From an uncultured bacterium (GTDB lineage: Bacteria; Margulisbacteria; WOR-1; CAVSGV01), in the NCBI GenBank assembly GCA_963699255.1, contig OY969425.1, positions 420,001 through 452,000 on the forward strand: a DNA stretch of 32,000 nucleotides, given 5' to 3'. A model generated the notes under the pieces. That model did no database searches. It worked only from the letters and a program-made list of their open reading frames with translations, and was not told the origin of the DNA. Every line of letters begins with the position of its first letter. The first letter of the stretch is position 1. This document shows positions 9,109 to 18,920 of this stretch, one piece after another. Made by a program: the position numbers and the translations under genes.

Positions 9109-10160
9109 CGTATAGCTCCCATTGTTATCATCTGGCCTTTTTCTATGTTCCTTTTTGCCGTCATGTTCAATATCTTATCTTTCATCTTCGGCGCAAGGCC
9201 CGTGCCCGGCCTTTTGAATTCGATATTTTGGGGCGTTATCTTATCGCCTCGCTTTATTTTGACCTTCGCGACGATGCTTCTCCTCGCGTCCATTCTGGTG
9301 CGGATCTCCATCTTTGTGGGCTCAAGCTTTGAGGTCCCCAGCATCACCTCGGCTTTTCTTACAGCGCTTACAAGCGCCTTCAGTTCTTCCGGGTCCGATG
9401 AGAACCAGTGGTCGGGTCCGGGCAGGTTACGGTCAAGGGTAAAGTGCTTTTCGATGATCTTTGCACCCATTGCCGCGGCCACAACGCACGCTTCTATGCC
9501 TTCCGTGTGGTCGGAAAATCCGGTCACGATCTTGAACCTGTCTTTTATAGAGTTCATTTTCCTCATATTGACCTGCTCCGGTTTTGCGGGATAAGACGCG
9601 ACGCAGTGGAGAACAGCCAGTTTATCGTTGCCGGTTCTTCTGATCGTGTAGACGGCGTCGGCGATCTCGGACTGATACGCCATGCCGGCGGAAATGATCA
9701 TCGGCTTGTTCTTCGAAGCGTAATATTTCATGAGCTCCAGGTTTGTCAGGTCATCTGAGCCCACTTTGATTATAGGCATGTCCGTTATCCTTAGCAGCAT
9801 GTCCAGGTCTGATGGGTTCTGGGGAGTGGAGAAGAAAATCATCCTTTTCTTTTTACAGTAAGAGCATATATCCTTCCATTCCGGCTCGCTGAACTGGTAT
9901 CTCCTGAACATTCCGATCGCCGATTCGGTGATCTTTTTCCCCTGCGATCTGTATGTGATGGTCTGTGCGGGGCTTGAAATGAATTCCTCGGCTTTGAACG
10001 TCTGGAACTTTACCGCGTCGGCGCCGCACTGTTTAGCCGTATCGATCATCCTCTTCGCCATTTTGACCCTGCCGTTGTGATTGATGCCGGCTTCGGCAAT
10101 GATGAATACAGGGCGCCCTTCACCGATCGAAAGCTTATCCGTTATTCTGATTGTCTTCAT
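9105..10160 (-). CDS. neuB: N-acetylneuraminate/legionaminate synthase-family protein (NeuB/SpsE-like) with C-terminal SAF domain
   Basis: 351 aa; VFIIAEAGINHNG, CGADAVKFQTFKAE, IKVGSDDLTNLELM, GFSDHTEGIEACVVAAAMGAKIIEKHFTLDRNLPGPDHWFSSDP, SAF-like tail RSIVAKVKIKRGDKITPQNIEFKRPGTGL. Confidence 0.93.
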   Translation of the reverse strand: MKTIRITDKLSIGEGRPVFIIAEAGINHNGRVKMAKRMIDTAKQCGADAVKFQTFKAEEFISSPAQTITYRSQGKKITESAIGMFRRYQFSEPEWKDICSYCKKKRMIFFSTPQNPSDLDMLLRITDMPIIKVGSDDLTNLELMKYYASKNKPMIISAGMAYQSEIADAVYTIRRTGNDKLAVLHCVASYPAKPEQVNMRKMNSIKDRFKIVTGFSDHTEGIEACVVAAAMGAKIIEKHFTLDRNLPGPDHWFSSDPEELKALVSAVRKAEVMLGTSKLEPTKMEIRTRMDARRSIVAKVKIKRGDKITPQNIEFKRPGTGLAPKMKDKILNMTAKRNIEKGQMITMGAIR

Positions 10161-11011
10161 TCCATCCCCTTAACTTTTGACGCGACATAATCCCTGGCTC
10201 TTCTCATGTCCTGCGTATCCAGCATGTCGATCGCTTCTTTCAACTCTTCCTTTAGGTCCTTGAATATCTTTTTCTGGATTATATTCTTGTTCACGAGCAG
10301 CAGATATGGTTTTTTGTTGAAGAGCCGAACGATATCGGAAACGGAAAAAGCCTTATTTGTTTTATACAGTTCATCGAACACCATGCAGATGAGGGCGTAG
10401 TCTTCGGGCGTGTCCAGGGTTACCCTGATATCGCGCCTGTTCAGTTCTTTGGGGACCTTCAGTACTCCGATCTCGAACTTTTCCGGATGAGACCAATAAA
10501 TGTACGGGGTGACGTGTTCCGTTTCTTCCACTTTTTTCGCGTTCATGAACGTTTCTTTCAGGGTGTCATAGGACATTATCTCCACGCTCATGCCGACGGG
10601 ATATGAGCCGCAGGCCGAATAATCGTTTTTATCCCTGATGTGCATCTTTATGGTCCTGTCTATGATGCCGGGATCTATGAAAGGGCAGTCGCTTGTCAGT
10701 CTCAAGACGATGTCGGAGCCGTTCTCTTTTGCTGCAAAGTAATACCTGGAAAGCACGTTCTCCTCGCTGCCCCGGAAGCATCCGATGTGCAACTTGCGTG
10801 AGAGCCGGTAGATCACGTCATCAGCTCGGTTCGTTGTTGTCGCGATTATGATCTGATCGACCATTTTGCTTCTTTTTATCCTTCTTATCATCTGCTCTAA
10901 GGCGGGTGTTTTGGATCCGTAGGGCAGGGGAAGCATGACCTTTCCCGGAAGCCTGGAGGATGTCATCCTTGCCTGTATTATTGCGGCGATCTTTAAAGGC
11001 TCTTTAGCCAT
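10157..11011 (-). CDS. SpsF-like cytidylyltransferase-family protein (candidate CMP-nonulosonate synthetase)
   Basis: 284 aa; IAAIIQARMTSSRLPGKVMLPL, ENVLSRYYFAAKENGSDIVLRLTSDCPFIDP, RVTLDTPEDYALI. Confidence 0.85.
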   Translation of the reverse strand: MAKEPLKIAAIIQARMTSSRLPGKVMLPLPYGSKTPALEQMIRRIKRSKMVDQIIIATTTNRADDVIYRLSRKLHIGCFRGSEENVLSRYYFAAKENGSDIVLRLTSDCPFIDPGIIDRTIKMHIRDKNDYSACGSYPVGMSVEIMSYDTLKETFMNAKKVEETEHVTPYIYWSHPEKFEIGVLKVPKELNRRDIRVTLDTPEDYALICMVFDELYKTNKAFSVSDIVRLFNKKPYLLLVNKNIIQKKIFKDLKEELKEAIDMLDTQDMRRARDYVASKVKGME

Positions 11012-11931
11012 TCGTATTCCTCCCTTAATCCTTTCTTGATATCTATCTTTGGCCCGTAGCCTAAGACCCGTTTTGCCTTTGTAATATCGGCCGAGGTGTG
11101 GGCGACGTCGCCTTTTTGATTTTCCAGGTATTTTACTTTCGCCTTTTTACCGGAAATGTCCTCGATCAGCTTGATCGTGTCGTTCACCGAGATCCTTGAG
11201 CCTCCGCCTATATTGAAGATTTCCCCGGGCGCGCAGCCGCAGTTCGCCGCCTTCATGTTCGCGTCCACTACGTCAGAAACGAAAGTAAAATCCCTTGTCT
11301 GCCTGCCGTTGCCGTATACCGTTATGTCATCGCCGTTGATAATGGCCCTGATGAACCTGTTAAACCCCATGTCCGGACGCTGCCTGGGGCCGTAAACTGA
11401 AAAGTATCTTAAAGATACCACGGGGATCCCGTGATTTTTTGAATAAAGGTAGCACAGGGATTCCGCCGCGAGCTTTGTGACGCCGTACGGGGAGACTGGC
11501 CTGGGGGCGAAACTCTCTTTCGTCGGAAGCTTTTCCGAGTCACCGTAAATGGAGGAAGATGATGCAAAGACCATTTTTTTTATCTTTTTGTCCTTCAGGG
11601 CTTCAAGCAGCCTCTGGGTGGCAAGTATATTGTCCTCGACGTATACCGAAAAGCTTTTTCCCCAGCTTGCCCTGACGCCGGGCTGGGCTGCTTCGTGGAA
11701 CACAAAGTCCGTTCCGTCCAATAATCTTTCGAGGTCGCTGTCAAGAAGGTTTTCCTTCACAAGTTTGAATCCTTTGCGGCCGACGATCCCGGAAATATTC
11801 TTTTCCTTGATTACTTTTGAATAATAATCCGTGAAGCAGTCTATCCCGGTAACTTCAAAGCCGTCCTTCAGAAGTCTTTGGGAAAGATGCGACCCGATAA
11901 ACCCCGCGGCGCCGGTCACAAGGGCTCTCAT
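10993..11931 (-). CDS. NAD-dependent epimerase/dehydratase (UDP-sugar 4-epimerase-like)
   Basis: MRALVTGAAGFIGSHLSQRLL; FASSSSIYG; SPYGVTKLAAE; RYFSVYGPRQRPDMGFNRFI. The ORF track start is 11943; ATG at 11931 gives an ATGA overlap with the upstream pseC stop. Confidence 0.9.
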   Translation of the reverse strand: MRALVTGAAGFIGSHLSQRLLKDGFEVTGIDCFTDYYSKVIKEKNISGIVGRKGFKLVKENLLDSDLERLLDGTDFVFHEAAQPGVRASWGKSFSVYVEDNILATQRLLEALKDKKIKKMVFASSSSIYGDSEKLPTKESFAPRPVSPYGVTKLAAESLCYLYSKNHGIPVVSLRYFSVYGPRQRPDMGFNRFIRAIINGDDITVYGNGRQTRDFTFVSDVVDANMKAANCGCAPGEIFNIGGGSRISVNDTIKLIEDISGKKAKVKYLENQKGDVAHTSADITKAKRVLGYGPKIDIKKGLREEYEWLKSL

Positions 11932-13076
11932 TTGTTCCTCCATTTATCGATCGTGTCTTTGACCGATCCTGTCACGCGTCCGATGTCGTTTTCCGTCATT
12001 TTCTGGTGGATCGGAAGGGATATCTCGCTTTCATAGAAAGATTCGGCAATTGGGAAATCGCCCTTTTTGTATCCGAATTTATTTCTGTAATAAGGCTGTA
12101 GCGGAACGGGGATATAGTGTACGTTCACACCTACGCCCAGCTTCCTGAGTCCCTCGAAGAATCTGCCTTTTTCTTCCGATCAGATTTCCGCGGAGCCTTA
12201 TCGGATAAAGATGATATGACGACCGCGCGTATGCTTTTTCAACGGGAGTGCCGATCTCTTCCATGCCGGCAAAGCTCTTGTTGTACCTGTCCGCGATGTG
12301 CCTTCTTGTCTTGACGAACCTGTCGAGTTTTTTAAGCTGTGAAATTCCCAGCGCGCATTGCATGTCCGTCAGCCGGTAGTTGTATCCTAGGTCCCGCATT
12401 TCATAATACCAGGGTCCGTCGCCGACAATGTCCCGAGTTATGCCGTGGGTCCTGAATTTCAGCATCTTTTCATAGAAGTCCTTATTGTCCGTCAGGACCA
12501 TCCCGCCCTCGCCGGTAGTGATGTGCTTGACCGCATGAAAGGACAGAACGGTCATGTCCGCAAGGACGCCGATCTTTTTGCCTTTATATTTTGCTCCCAG
12601 GGAATGGGCGGCGTCTTCGATTACGATAAGGCCGTTTTTTTTAGCTATCTTGTTCATTTCATCCATATCGCATGGATGCCCGGCGTAGTCGACAGGGATT
12701 ATCGCCTTTGTTTTTGAATTTACCTTCCATTTTATCTGTTCTATGGAGATCAGAGCGGTGTCGGGATCGATATCCGCAAAAACCGGGGTTCCGCCGCAAT
12801 AGATAACGCAGTTCGCGGACGCGACGAACGTGGTAGGGGACGTTATGACCTCATCTCCCGGAGTGATACCTGCCGCAAAACACGCGCCGTGAAGGGCGGA
12901 TGTGCCGGAATTAAAGGCAACCGCGTATTTAGTTCCGCAATATTCGGCGACTTTGCTCTCGAACAGTTCAACTCTAGGGCCCTGGGTCAGAAAATCGGAC
13001 CTCAGCGCAGCGGCGACGGCTTTTATGTCGTCCGCGTCTATAGATTGTGTGGAGTAGGGGATATATCTTCTTTTCA

Positions 13077-13077
<1 letters not shown>
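11928..13077 (-). CDS. pseC: UDP-4-amino-4,6-dideoxy-N-acetyl-beta-L-altrosamine transaminase (PseC-like), interrupted by an apparent frameshift near 12168-12183
   Basis: Starts MKRRYIPYSTQSIDADDIKAVAAALRSDFLTQGPRVELFE at 13077; [17 protein letters not shown]-lysine motif. Frame changes after LYPIRLRGNLIGRK; the other frame gives GRFFEGLRKLGVGVNVHYIPVPLQPYYRNKFGYKKGDFPIAESFYESEISLPIHQKMTENDI, the conserved C-terminus. Confidence 0.88.
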
Positions 13078-14159
<1,082 letters not shown>

Positions 14160-14165
14160 TCAAAC

Positions 14166-14813
14166 TCAATCGATCTTTAATGCTTTGGCCTGGTCGAGGT
14201 CTTCCTTGAAATCTATCTCTTTGGCCGCCAGGTCGCCTATGTCCACGGCCTTGAAATCCATCGGCAATATCTTGTCTATAGCGTCCTCATAATAAAGCAT
14301 TTTGTCCATTCCGTTTATCTGGTCTTTCAGCTTCCCGCAGAACTTTCCGGAGAACCTGTATATGCCAATAGCTTCTCCTTGTCCGCTGATGTTCTTTCCA
14401 ATCCTGACGATGTCATCTTTGCCTTCAAGCGTGACCTGGATCTCTTCCGGGTGCACGTTCTTGAATTCAACGGCCGCGCACGACGGCTTGTCCATGAGCC
14501 CGATTATCTTTTTGTCAAAGACAACGTCCCCGTTCAGAACGAGTGTGTCTTTCCCGTTCAATGCGAGGCCGAGAGAATGGATCGTGTTCGTTGTCTCATA
14601 ATCGGGATTGTGAACATATTTCAGGCCCGGATACCTTTTTTTTATAATGTCGGCTTTGAATCCCACCACCATGACCACGTCGAAACCCGTCAGCGCTTCA
14701 AGCTGCCGCTCAATGATGGTCTTGCCGCCGATCTTCAGGAAGCACTTCGGCAGTCCTTCCGTAAGATCCTTGAGCCGTTTTCCTATTCCCGCCGCCAGTA
14801 TTATCGCCTGCAC
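14166..14813 (-). CDS. Sugar/choline-phosphate nucleotidyltransferase family protein (LicC-like NTP transferase)
   Basis: 215 aa; MQAIILAAGIGKRLKDLTEGLPKCFLKIGGKTIIERQLEAL, NPDYETTNTIHSLGLAL, LVLNGDVVFD. Confidence 0.85.
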   Translation of the reverse strand: MQAIILAAGIGKRLKDLTEGLPKCFLKIGGKTIIERQLEALTGFDVVMVVGFKADIIKKRYPGLKYVHNPDYETTNTIHSLGLALNGKDTLVLNGDVVFDKKIIGLMDKPSCAAVEFKNVHPEEIQVTLEGKDDIVRIGKNISGQGEAIGIYRFSGKFCGKLKDQINGMDKMLYYEDAIDKILPMDFKAVDIGDLAAKEIDFKEDLDQAKALKID

Positions 14814-14824
14814 TAAAACTCCTC

Positions 14825-14886
14825 GAGATGTGAGATGTGAGATGCGAGATGCGATTTCACATCTCTCGTCTCGCGTCTCTCATCTC
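14825..14886. repeat. Palindromic array of heptamer repeats (4 units, 6-nt spacer, 4 inverted units)
   Basis: gagatgt gagatgt gagatgc gagatgc | gatttc | acatctc tcgtctc gcgtctc tcatctc; the right arm is the reverse complement of GAGATGA/GAGACGC/GAGACGA/GAGATGT. Confidence 0.9.
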
Positions 14887-14891
14887 CTGAA

Positions 14892-16616
14892 TTATTCCTC
14901 ATCTCTGAACTGCATATCATATAATGTCTTGTATTTCCCGCCTTTTGCCAGGAGTTCTTTGTGGGAACCCTCTTCGATGATGCGGCCCTTGTCGAAAACA
15001 AGTATCCTGCCGGCTATCTGCACGGTTGAGAGCCTGTGCGCGATGATGAACGTTGTGCGGCCTACGATAAGTTTTTCCAGCGCGTCCTGGACAAGCCGTT
15101 CCGATTCCGTGTCAAGTGAGGAAGTAGCTTCATCCAGGATAAGGATCCTGGGATCCCTCAGTATCGCCCTTGCGATGGAGACCCTCTGTTTTTCGCCTCC
15201 GGAGAGAAGTGCTCCTCTCTCGCCGACCAGCGTGTCGTATTTGTTCGGCAGACCCATGATGAAATCGTGTATGTTCGCCGCTTTTGCCGCGCTTATTATT
15301 TCGTTGTCGGGCGCGTCAAAGCTGCCGTAGGAAATGTTCTCTTTTATAGTCCCCAGGAAAAGCACCGTGTCCTGATGGACTATGCCTATCTGCTTCCTCA
15401 GGGAATACAGCTTGCATTTTTTTACGTCAACGCCGTCAATGGAAACAGAGCCCGAAACGGCGTCATAAAACCTTGGGATAAGGTTCACAAAGGTCGTCTT
15501 GCCCGCTCCGGAGCGTCCGACCAGGGCGATGATCTCCCCGGGCTTTGTTCTTAAATTTATATTCTTCAGTATGGGAGTGCTTTTTACATAATGAAAATCA
15601 ACGGACTTGAATTCAACGGTCCCTTTAATCGGCGGAAGTTCGACCGCGTCCTTTGCGTCGGTGATCGCGGGTTTTGTGTCAAGAATCTCAAATATCCTTT
15701 CGGCGGCCGACAGGGACCGCTGTATCGCGATGGTTATCTTCCCAAGCGTTGAAATGGGGGTGGCAATAAGTCCTATGCCGACGAAGAAAGCTATCAGATC
15801 ATTTATCTTCAGCTGGCCCGCGACGACCTCATACGCGCCGTACCATATTACAATTACTACCGCAATGGCCTGGATCAGTTCAAGCAGAGGTTTCTGCGTG
15901 GCGTCGATCTGTATCTCTCTCATGGTAAGCCAGAAGCTTTTTTCCATCTCATCGCCGAACTTCTGCACCTCGTACTTTTCGGTGGTAAAGGATTTAATGA
16001 CCCTGATGCCGGCGACCTTTTCTGCGAGGATCGAATAGATGTCTCCGGCCTTTTTCTGGGTCTGACGGGCCGCTTCTCTTATCAGGGAGGAAAACCTTGA
16101 TATCGTGAATGTGATCACCGGCGCCACCAGAAGGGTCAGAACGGTAAGGCGCCAATTCAGCCTTATCAAATAGATCAGCGCGCCGGTCAGTGTCAGGATA
16201 TTCGGAAGTATCTCCGTGACGCTGAGCATCATGGCGTTCTGAAGGGATCCGGTGTCATTGACTATCCTTGCCATGACGTCGCCGACACGCCACTTGGAAA
16301 AGAAGTCAAAAGACAAGGTCTGGATATGGCTGTATATGTCTTTTCTCAGGTCAATGATCATTCTCTGTCCGGCAAAGGACATGAGATAAACCTGCCCGTA
16401 GCTTAAGAGGCTTTTAAAGAAATAAATGGCCACGGCTGCAAAAGCGATCATGTTAAGCAGATGGAAATTCTTTTCGGCTATCGCTTTTGTAAGGCCGCTT
16501 GCAATGGGTATAAGGGCGATGTTGCAGGCGGAGAGGAGAACAATGCATATCAGCGCGGCAAAGATATTCGCCGACATCGCTTTAATGTATTTAATAAGCC
16601 TAAGGTATAACTTCAT
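14892..16616 (-). CDS. msbA: ABC transporter, transmembrane plus ATPase (MsbA-like exporter)
   Basis: 574 aa; six-TM-type N-terminus, Walker A GRSGAGKT, signature LSGGEKQRVSIARAIL, Walker B ILILDEATSSLD, H-loop IIAHRLSTV. Confidence 0.92.
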   Translation of the reverse strand: MKLYLRLIKYIKAMSANIFAALICIVLLSACNIALIPIASGLTKAIAEKNFHLLNMIAFAAVAIYFFKSLLSYGQVYLMSFAGQRMIIDLRKDIYSHIQTLSFDFFSKWRVGDVMARIVNDTGSLQNAMMLSVTEILPNILTLTGALIYLIRLNWRLTVLTLLVAPVITFTISRFSSLIREAARQTQKKAGDIYSILAEKVAGIRVIKSFTTEKYEVQKFGDEMEKSFWLTMREIQIDATQKPLLELIQAIAVVIVIWYGAYEVVAGQLKINDLIAFFVGIGLIATPISTLGKITIAIQRSLSAAERIFEILDTKPAITDAKDAVELPPIKGTVEFKSVDFHYVKSTPILKNINLRTKPGEIIALVGRSGAGKTTFVNLIPRFYDAVSGSVSIDGVDVKKCKLYSLRKQIGIVHQDTVLFLGTIKENISYGSFDAPDNEIISAAKAANIHDFIMGLPNKYDTLVGERGALLSGGEKQRVSIARAILRDPRILILDEATSSLDTESERLVQDALEKLIVGRTTFIIAHRLSTVQIAGRILVFDKGRIIEEGSHKELLAKGGKYKTLYDMQFRDEE

Positions 16617-17823
16617 TTATCTCCTCAGTAATGCGTTTTGCCGCGCCTGGATCCCCGAGGGAGGATCTGAGCAGGTGACTCATCTCATCCAGTTTTTTTG
16701 CGTCACTAAGCAATAAAACGGCAGTCTCCGCCAGGGTTTTCGGCTGAACATCGCCTTTAAATTCCGGGACGATCTCTCTTCCGCATTTTATGTTCGGAAT
16801 GGCAAAAAATCTCGTCTTAAGAAGAAGTATTTTAACATAAATTTTCTTGAAAATATAGCCGATGAGGGGGATCTTCCCAATGATCTCGTATATCCCTTCA
16901 AGGGGGATCAGCTCGGAGCTTTTCTCCGGGAATACCACGATCATGGGAGTGCCCAGCACCGCCACTTCCGCGGTATTCGTTCCCGGGATCGTTATGGCAA
17001 GGTCAGAGGCGGCGATAACGTCGTGCTGGCCGCTGAAAATAAGCTTGATCGAAGTCCCATTATATTTGATCCGGTCATTGATGTTTTGAAGTCCGGCTTT
17101 GCTCAGGTGTTTCTTAAGCAGATCCTGCTTTAAAAAAGGGGAGATGATGAAAACGAACTGACAATCCTTGTTTAAAGCCTCTATATTGCTTGCGACCTCC
17201 GAAAAAAAGGAAAGGGTGTATTGTATCTGGAATTCCCTGCTGCCGGGAAGGAACGCGACAAGTTTTTTGCCTTTATCCAGGCCCAGTTCGCTGAACACCT
17301 GATCCTTCCCTTTTACAGCTTTTACGCTTTCCACCATAAGATTGCCGACGATCTTTATCTGATCTTCCGGATAGCCCTGCTTTTTGAATTTCTCGTAAAT
17401 AAGCCGGTCGGGGACAAGGAATTTTTTATATATCTTCGGCCATTTGGCATAAGCTTCCGAATATGCAACGGCGGGATATTTAAGCCTTTTTGCGATCATT
17501 TTGCCGTAAAGGACGTCTCCGCCCATGAAAACGACAGCACCGGTACTGCTGAATTTTATCCCCTCCGGCAATCTCCCCCTCAGCATCCACATGAAGAATT
17601 CATTTGCGCTTATGACCTTTGTTACTCCAGGAAGAGACTTTGCTATTTCGGTCTCCTTGCCGGTGGAGTAGGGGCAGGGGGTAAAAACGATCGTTATCCC
17701 GAATTGCGGATATCTTTCATGAAGCGCGTCAACGGTGGGCTTCACATATGAGGACAGCTCACCGGGTCCGTTGACCAGTATGACTACGTCGGGGTTTTCC
17801 TTGTTCCGGAAAGAGCTTTCCAT
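16600..17823 (-). CDS. lpxB: Lipid-A-disaccharide synthase-related glycosyltransferase (LpxB-like, GT19)
   Basis: 407 aa; VNGPGELSSYVKPTVDALHERYP, VVFMGGDVLYGKMIAKRLKYPAVAYS, LVAFLPGSREFQI, AASDLAITIPGTNTAEVAVLGTPMIVVFP. Confidence 0.75.
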   Translation of the reverse strand: MESSFRNKENPDVVILVNGPGELSSYVKPTVDALHERYPQFGITIVFTPCPYSTGKETEIAKSLPGVTKVISANEFFMWMLRGRLPEGIKFSSTGAVVFMGGDVLYGKMIAKRLKYPAVAYSEAYAKWPKIYKKFLVPDRLIYEKFKKQGYPEDQIKIVGNLMVESVKAVKGKDQVFSELGLDKGKKLVAFLPGSREFQIQYTLSFFSEVASNIEALNKDCQFVFIISPFLKQDLLKKHLSKAGLQNINDRIKYNGTSIKLIFSGQHDVIAASDLAITIPGTNTAEVAVLGTPMIVVFPEKSSELIPLEGIYEIIGKIPLIGYIFKKIYVKILLLKTRFFAIPNIKCGREIVPEFKGDVQPKTLAETAVLLLSDAKKLDEMSHLLRSSLGDPGAAKRITEEINEVIP

Positions 17824-18920
17824 AGTAAACTTTCTTTCAGGTCGACAGCATTATATTTGCACAGCTCTCGACAACAAAAACACATTATACACTTATTTTT
17901 GTTGATTTTGAACGATTTACCGTCGATCGCTTTTGCGGGGCATGACCTGACGCACATCATGCATTTGACGCACTTTTTGCCGTTGATCTTCGGCCGGACC
18001 TTTATCATGTTTATTATCGGTTTCAATATAAATTTAAATATTGCGGGCATTATGTTCAGGATGGCGGATACCTTGGTGGGATGTTCAAAATCCTTGTACT
18101 CCGGGAGCTTTTCGCCCAGCAGATCGATCTTGTCGATATCAGCTTCGCCAAGCCTTCTCTGGTACGCGATCCTTGTGGTCGGGATATCAAGGGGTTCAAA
18201 ATTCATGATTTTTGAACAGACAGCGTCAAGGGCTATAGTATCGGTCGAGGCTATAATGAGCCCAAGATCCCTTAATTTGCCGTTCGCGGGACCTTGCCCT
18301 TCCATTGCCGTGACAGCATCGGCTATCGTCACGGCCGGCCTGATCCTTTCAAAAAGGTCGACCAGCGCTTCCGAGAATTCTTCCCTCGAGGGAGTTTCAA
18401 GGTGGTAATTCACCTTGTGCAATCCGGGGACGCAGCCGAACATGTTCTTTATTCCGCATGTGAACAGGGTCAGTTCATGGGTCTTTAGCTTGGGGATATT
18501 GATGATCAGGTCGAACGACAGCGCGGTGTTCGAGATATATATGGGGTTTATTTTCCCGCCGGGGTTCTCGAATTTCCGCATTCCTTTCTCTTCAAAGTTA
18601 ACGATGGGGATACCAAGAGCCCGCATTCCGGTCGCTTTCAATACCTTATCATATAAAAGGTTGGCCCCTCCGGGGCTGTCGCCGATAAAAGGGGAGGCGC
18701 CGAGTTTTTTTACCTCATCGGCTATTGCTTTCACTATCGCCGGGTGCGTCGTTGCTCCCCGTTCGGGAGGGAGATCCGTAAGCAGGTTGGCCTTCAGGAG
18801 GACTTTTTGCCCGGGGCTTATCAGGCCGGATAAATCCAGGAGCTCGAATATCCGCTCGATAGATGAGGCGACGCTTTGTGGCGAATAATCACCGCATTTT
18901 ACGATGGCGACTTTTGGCAT
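17784..18920 (-). CDS. DUF362 domain protein with C-terminal 4Fe-4S ferredoxin motifs
   Basis: 378 aa; VLLKANLLTDLPPERGATTHPAIVKAI, CGIKNMFGCVPGLHK, and CVKCMMCVRSCPAKAI ... CIMCFCCRELC cysteine motifs. Confidence 0.93.
   Translation of the reverse strand: MPKVAIVKCGDYSPQSVASSIERIFELLDLSGLISPGQKVLLKANLLTDLPPERGATTHPAIVKAIADEVKKLGASPFIGDSPGGANLLYDKVLKATGMRALGIPIVNFEEKGMRKFENPGGKINPIYISNTALSFDLIINIPKLKTHELTLFTCGIKNMFGCVPGLHKVNYHLETPSREEFSEALVDLFERIRPAVTIADAVTAMEGQGPANGKLRDLGLIIASTDTIALDAVCSKIMNFEPLDIPTTRIAYQRRLGEADIDKIDLLGEKLPEYKDFEHPTKVSAILNIMPAIFKFILKPIINMIKVRPKINGKKCVKCMMCVRSCPAKAIDGKSFKINKNKCIMCFCCRELCKYNAVDLKESLLWKALSGTRKTPT

Noticed and set aside
12117-12314. 65 aa plus-strand ORF across the pseC frameshift
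   Set aside because: Antisense to conserved pseC sequence in both frames; no evidence that it is real or explains the frameshift.
14825-14886. Possible CRISPR array
   Set aside because: Units are only 7 bp, contiguous and inverted, without spacers; no cas genes in the window.
14813-15001. 62 aa minus-strand ORF (…DERRETRDVKSHLASHISHLEEF)
   Set aside because: Its C-terminus is just translation of the palindromic heptamer array and its N-terminus overlaps the msbA-like gene out of frame; unlikely to be a real protein.
14647-15330. 227 aa plus-strand ORF
   Set aside because: Antisense to the nucleotidyltransferase and ABC exporter genes and crosses the heptamer repeat; S/T/R-rich with no domain signature.
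17221-17751. 176 aa plus-strand ORF
   Set aside because: Antisense to the LpxB-like gene; no supporting motif.
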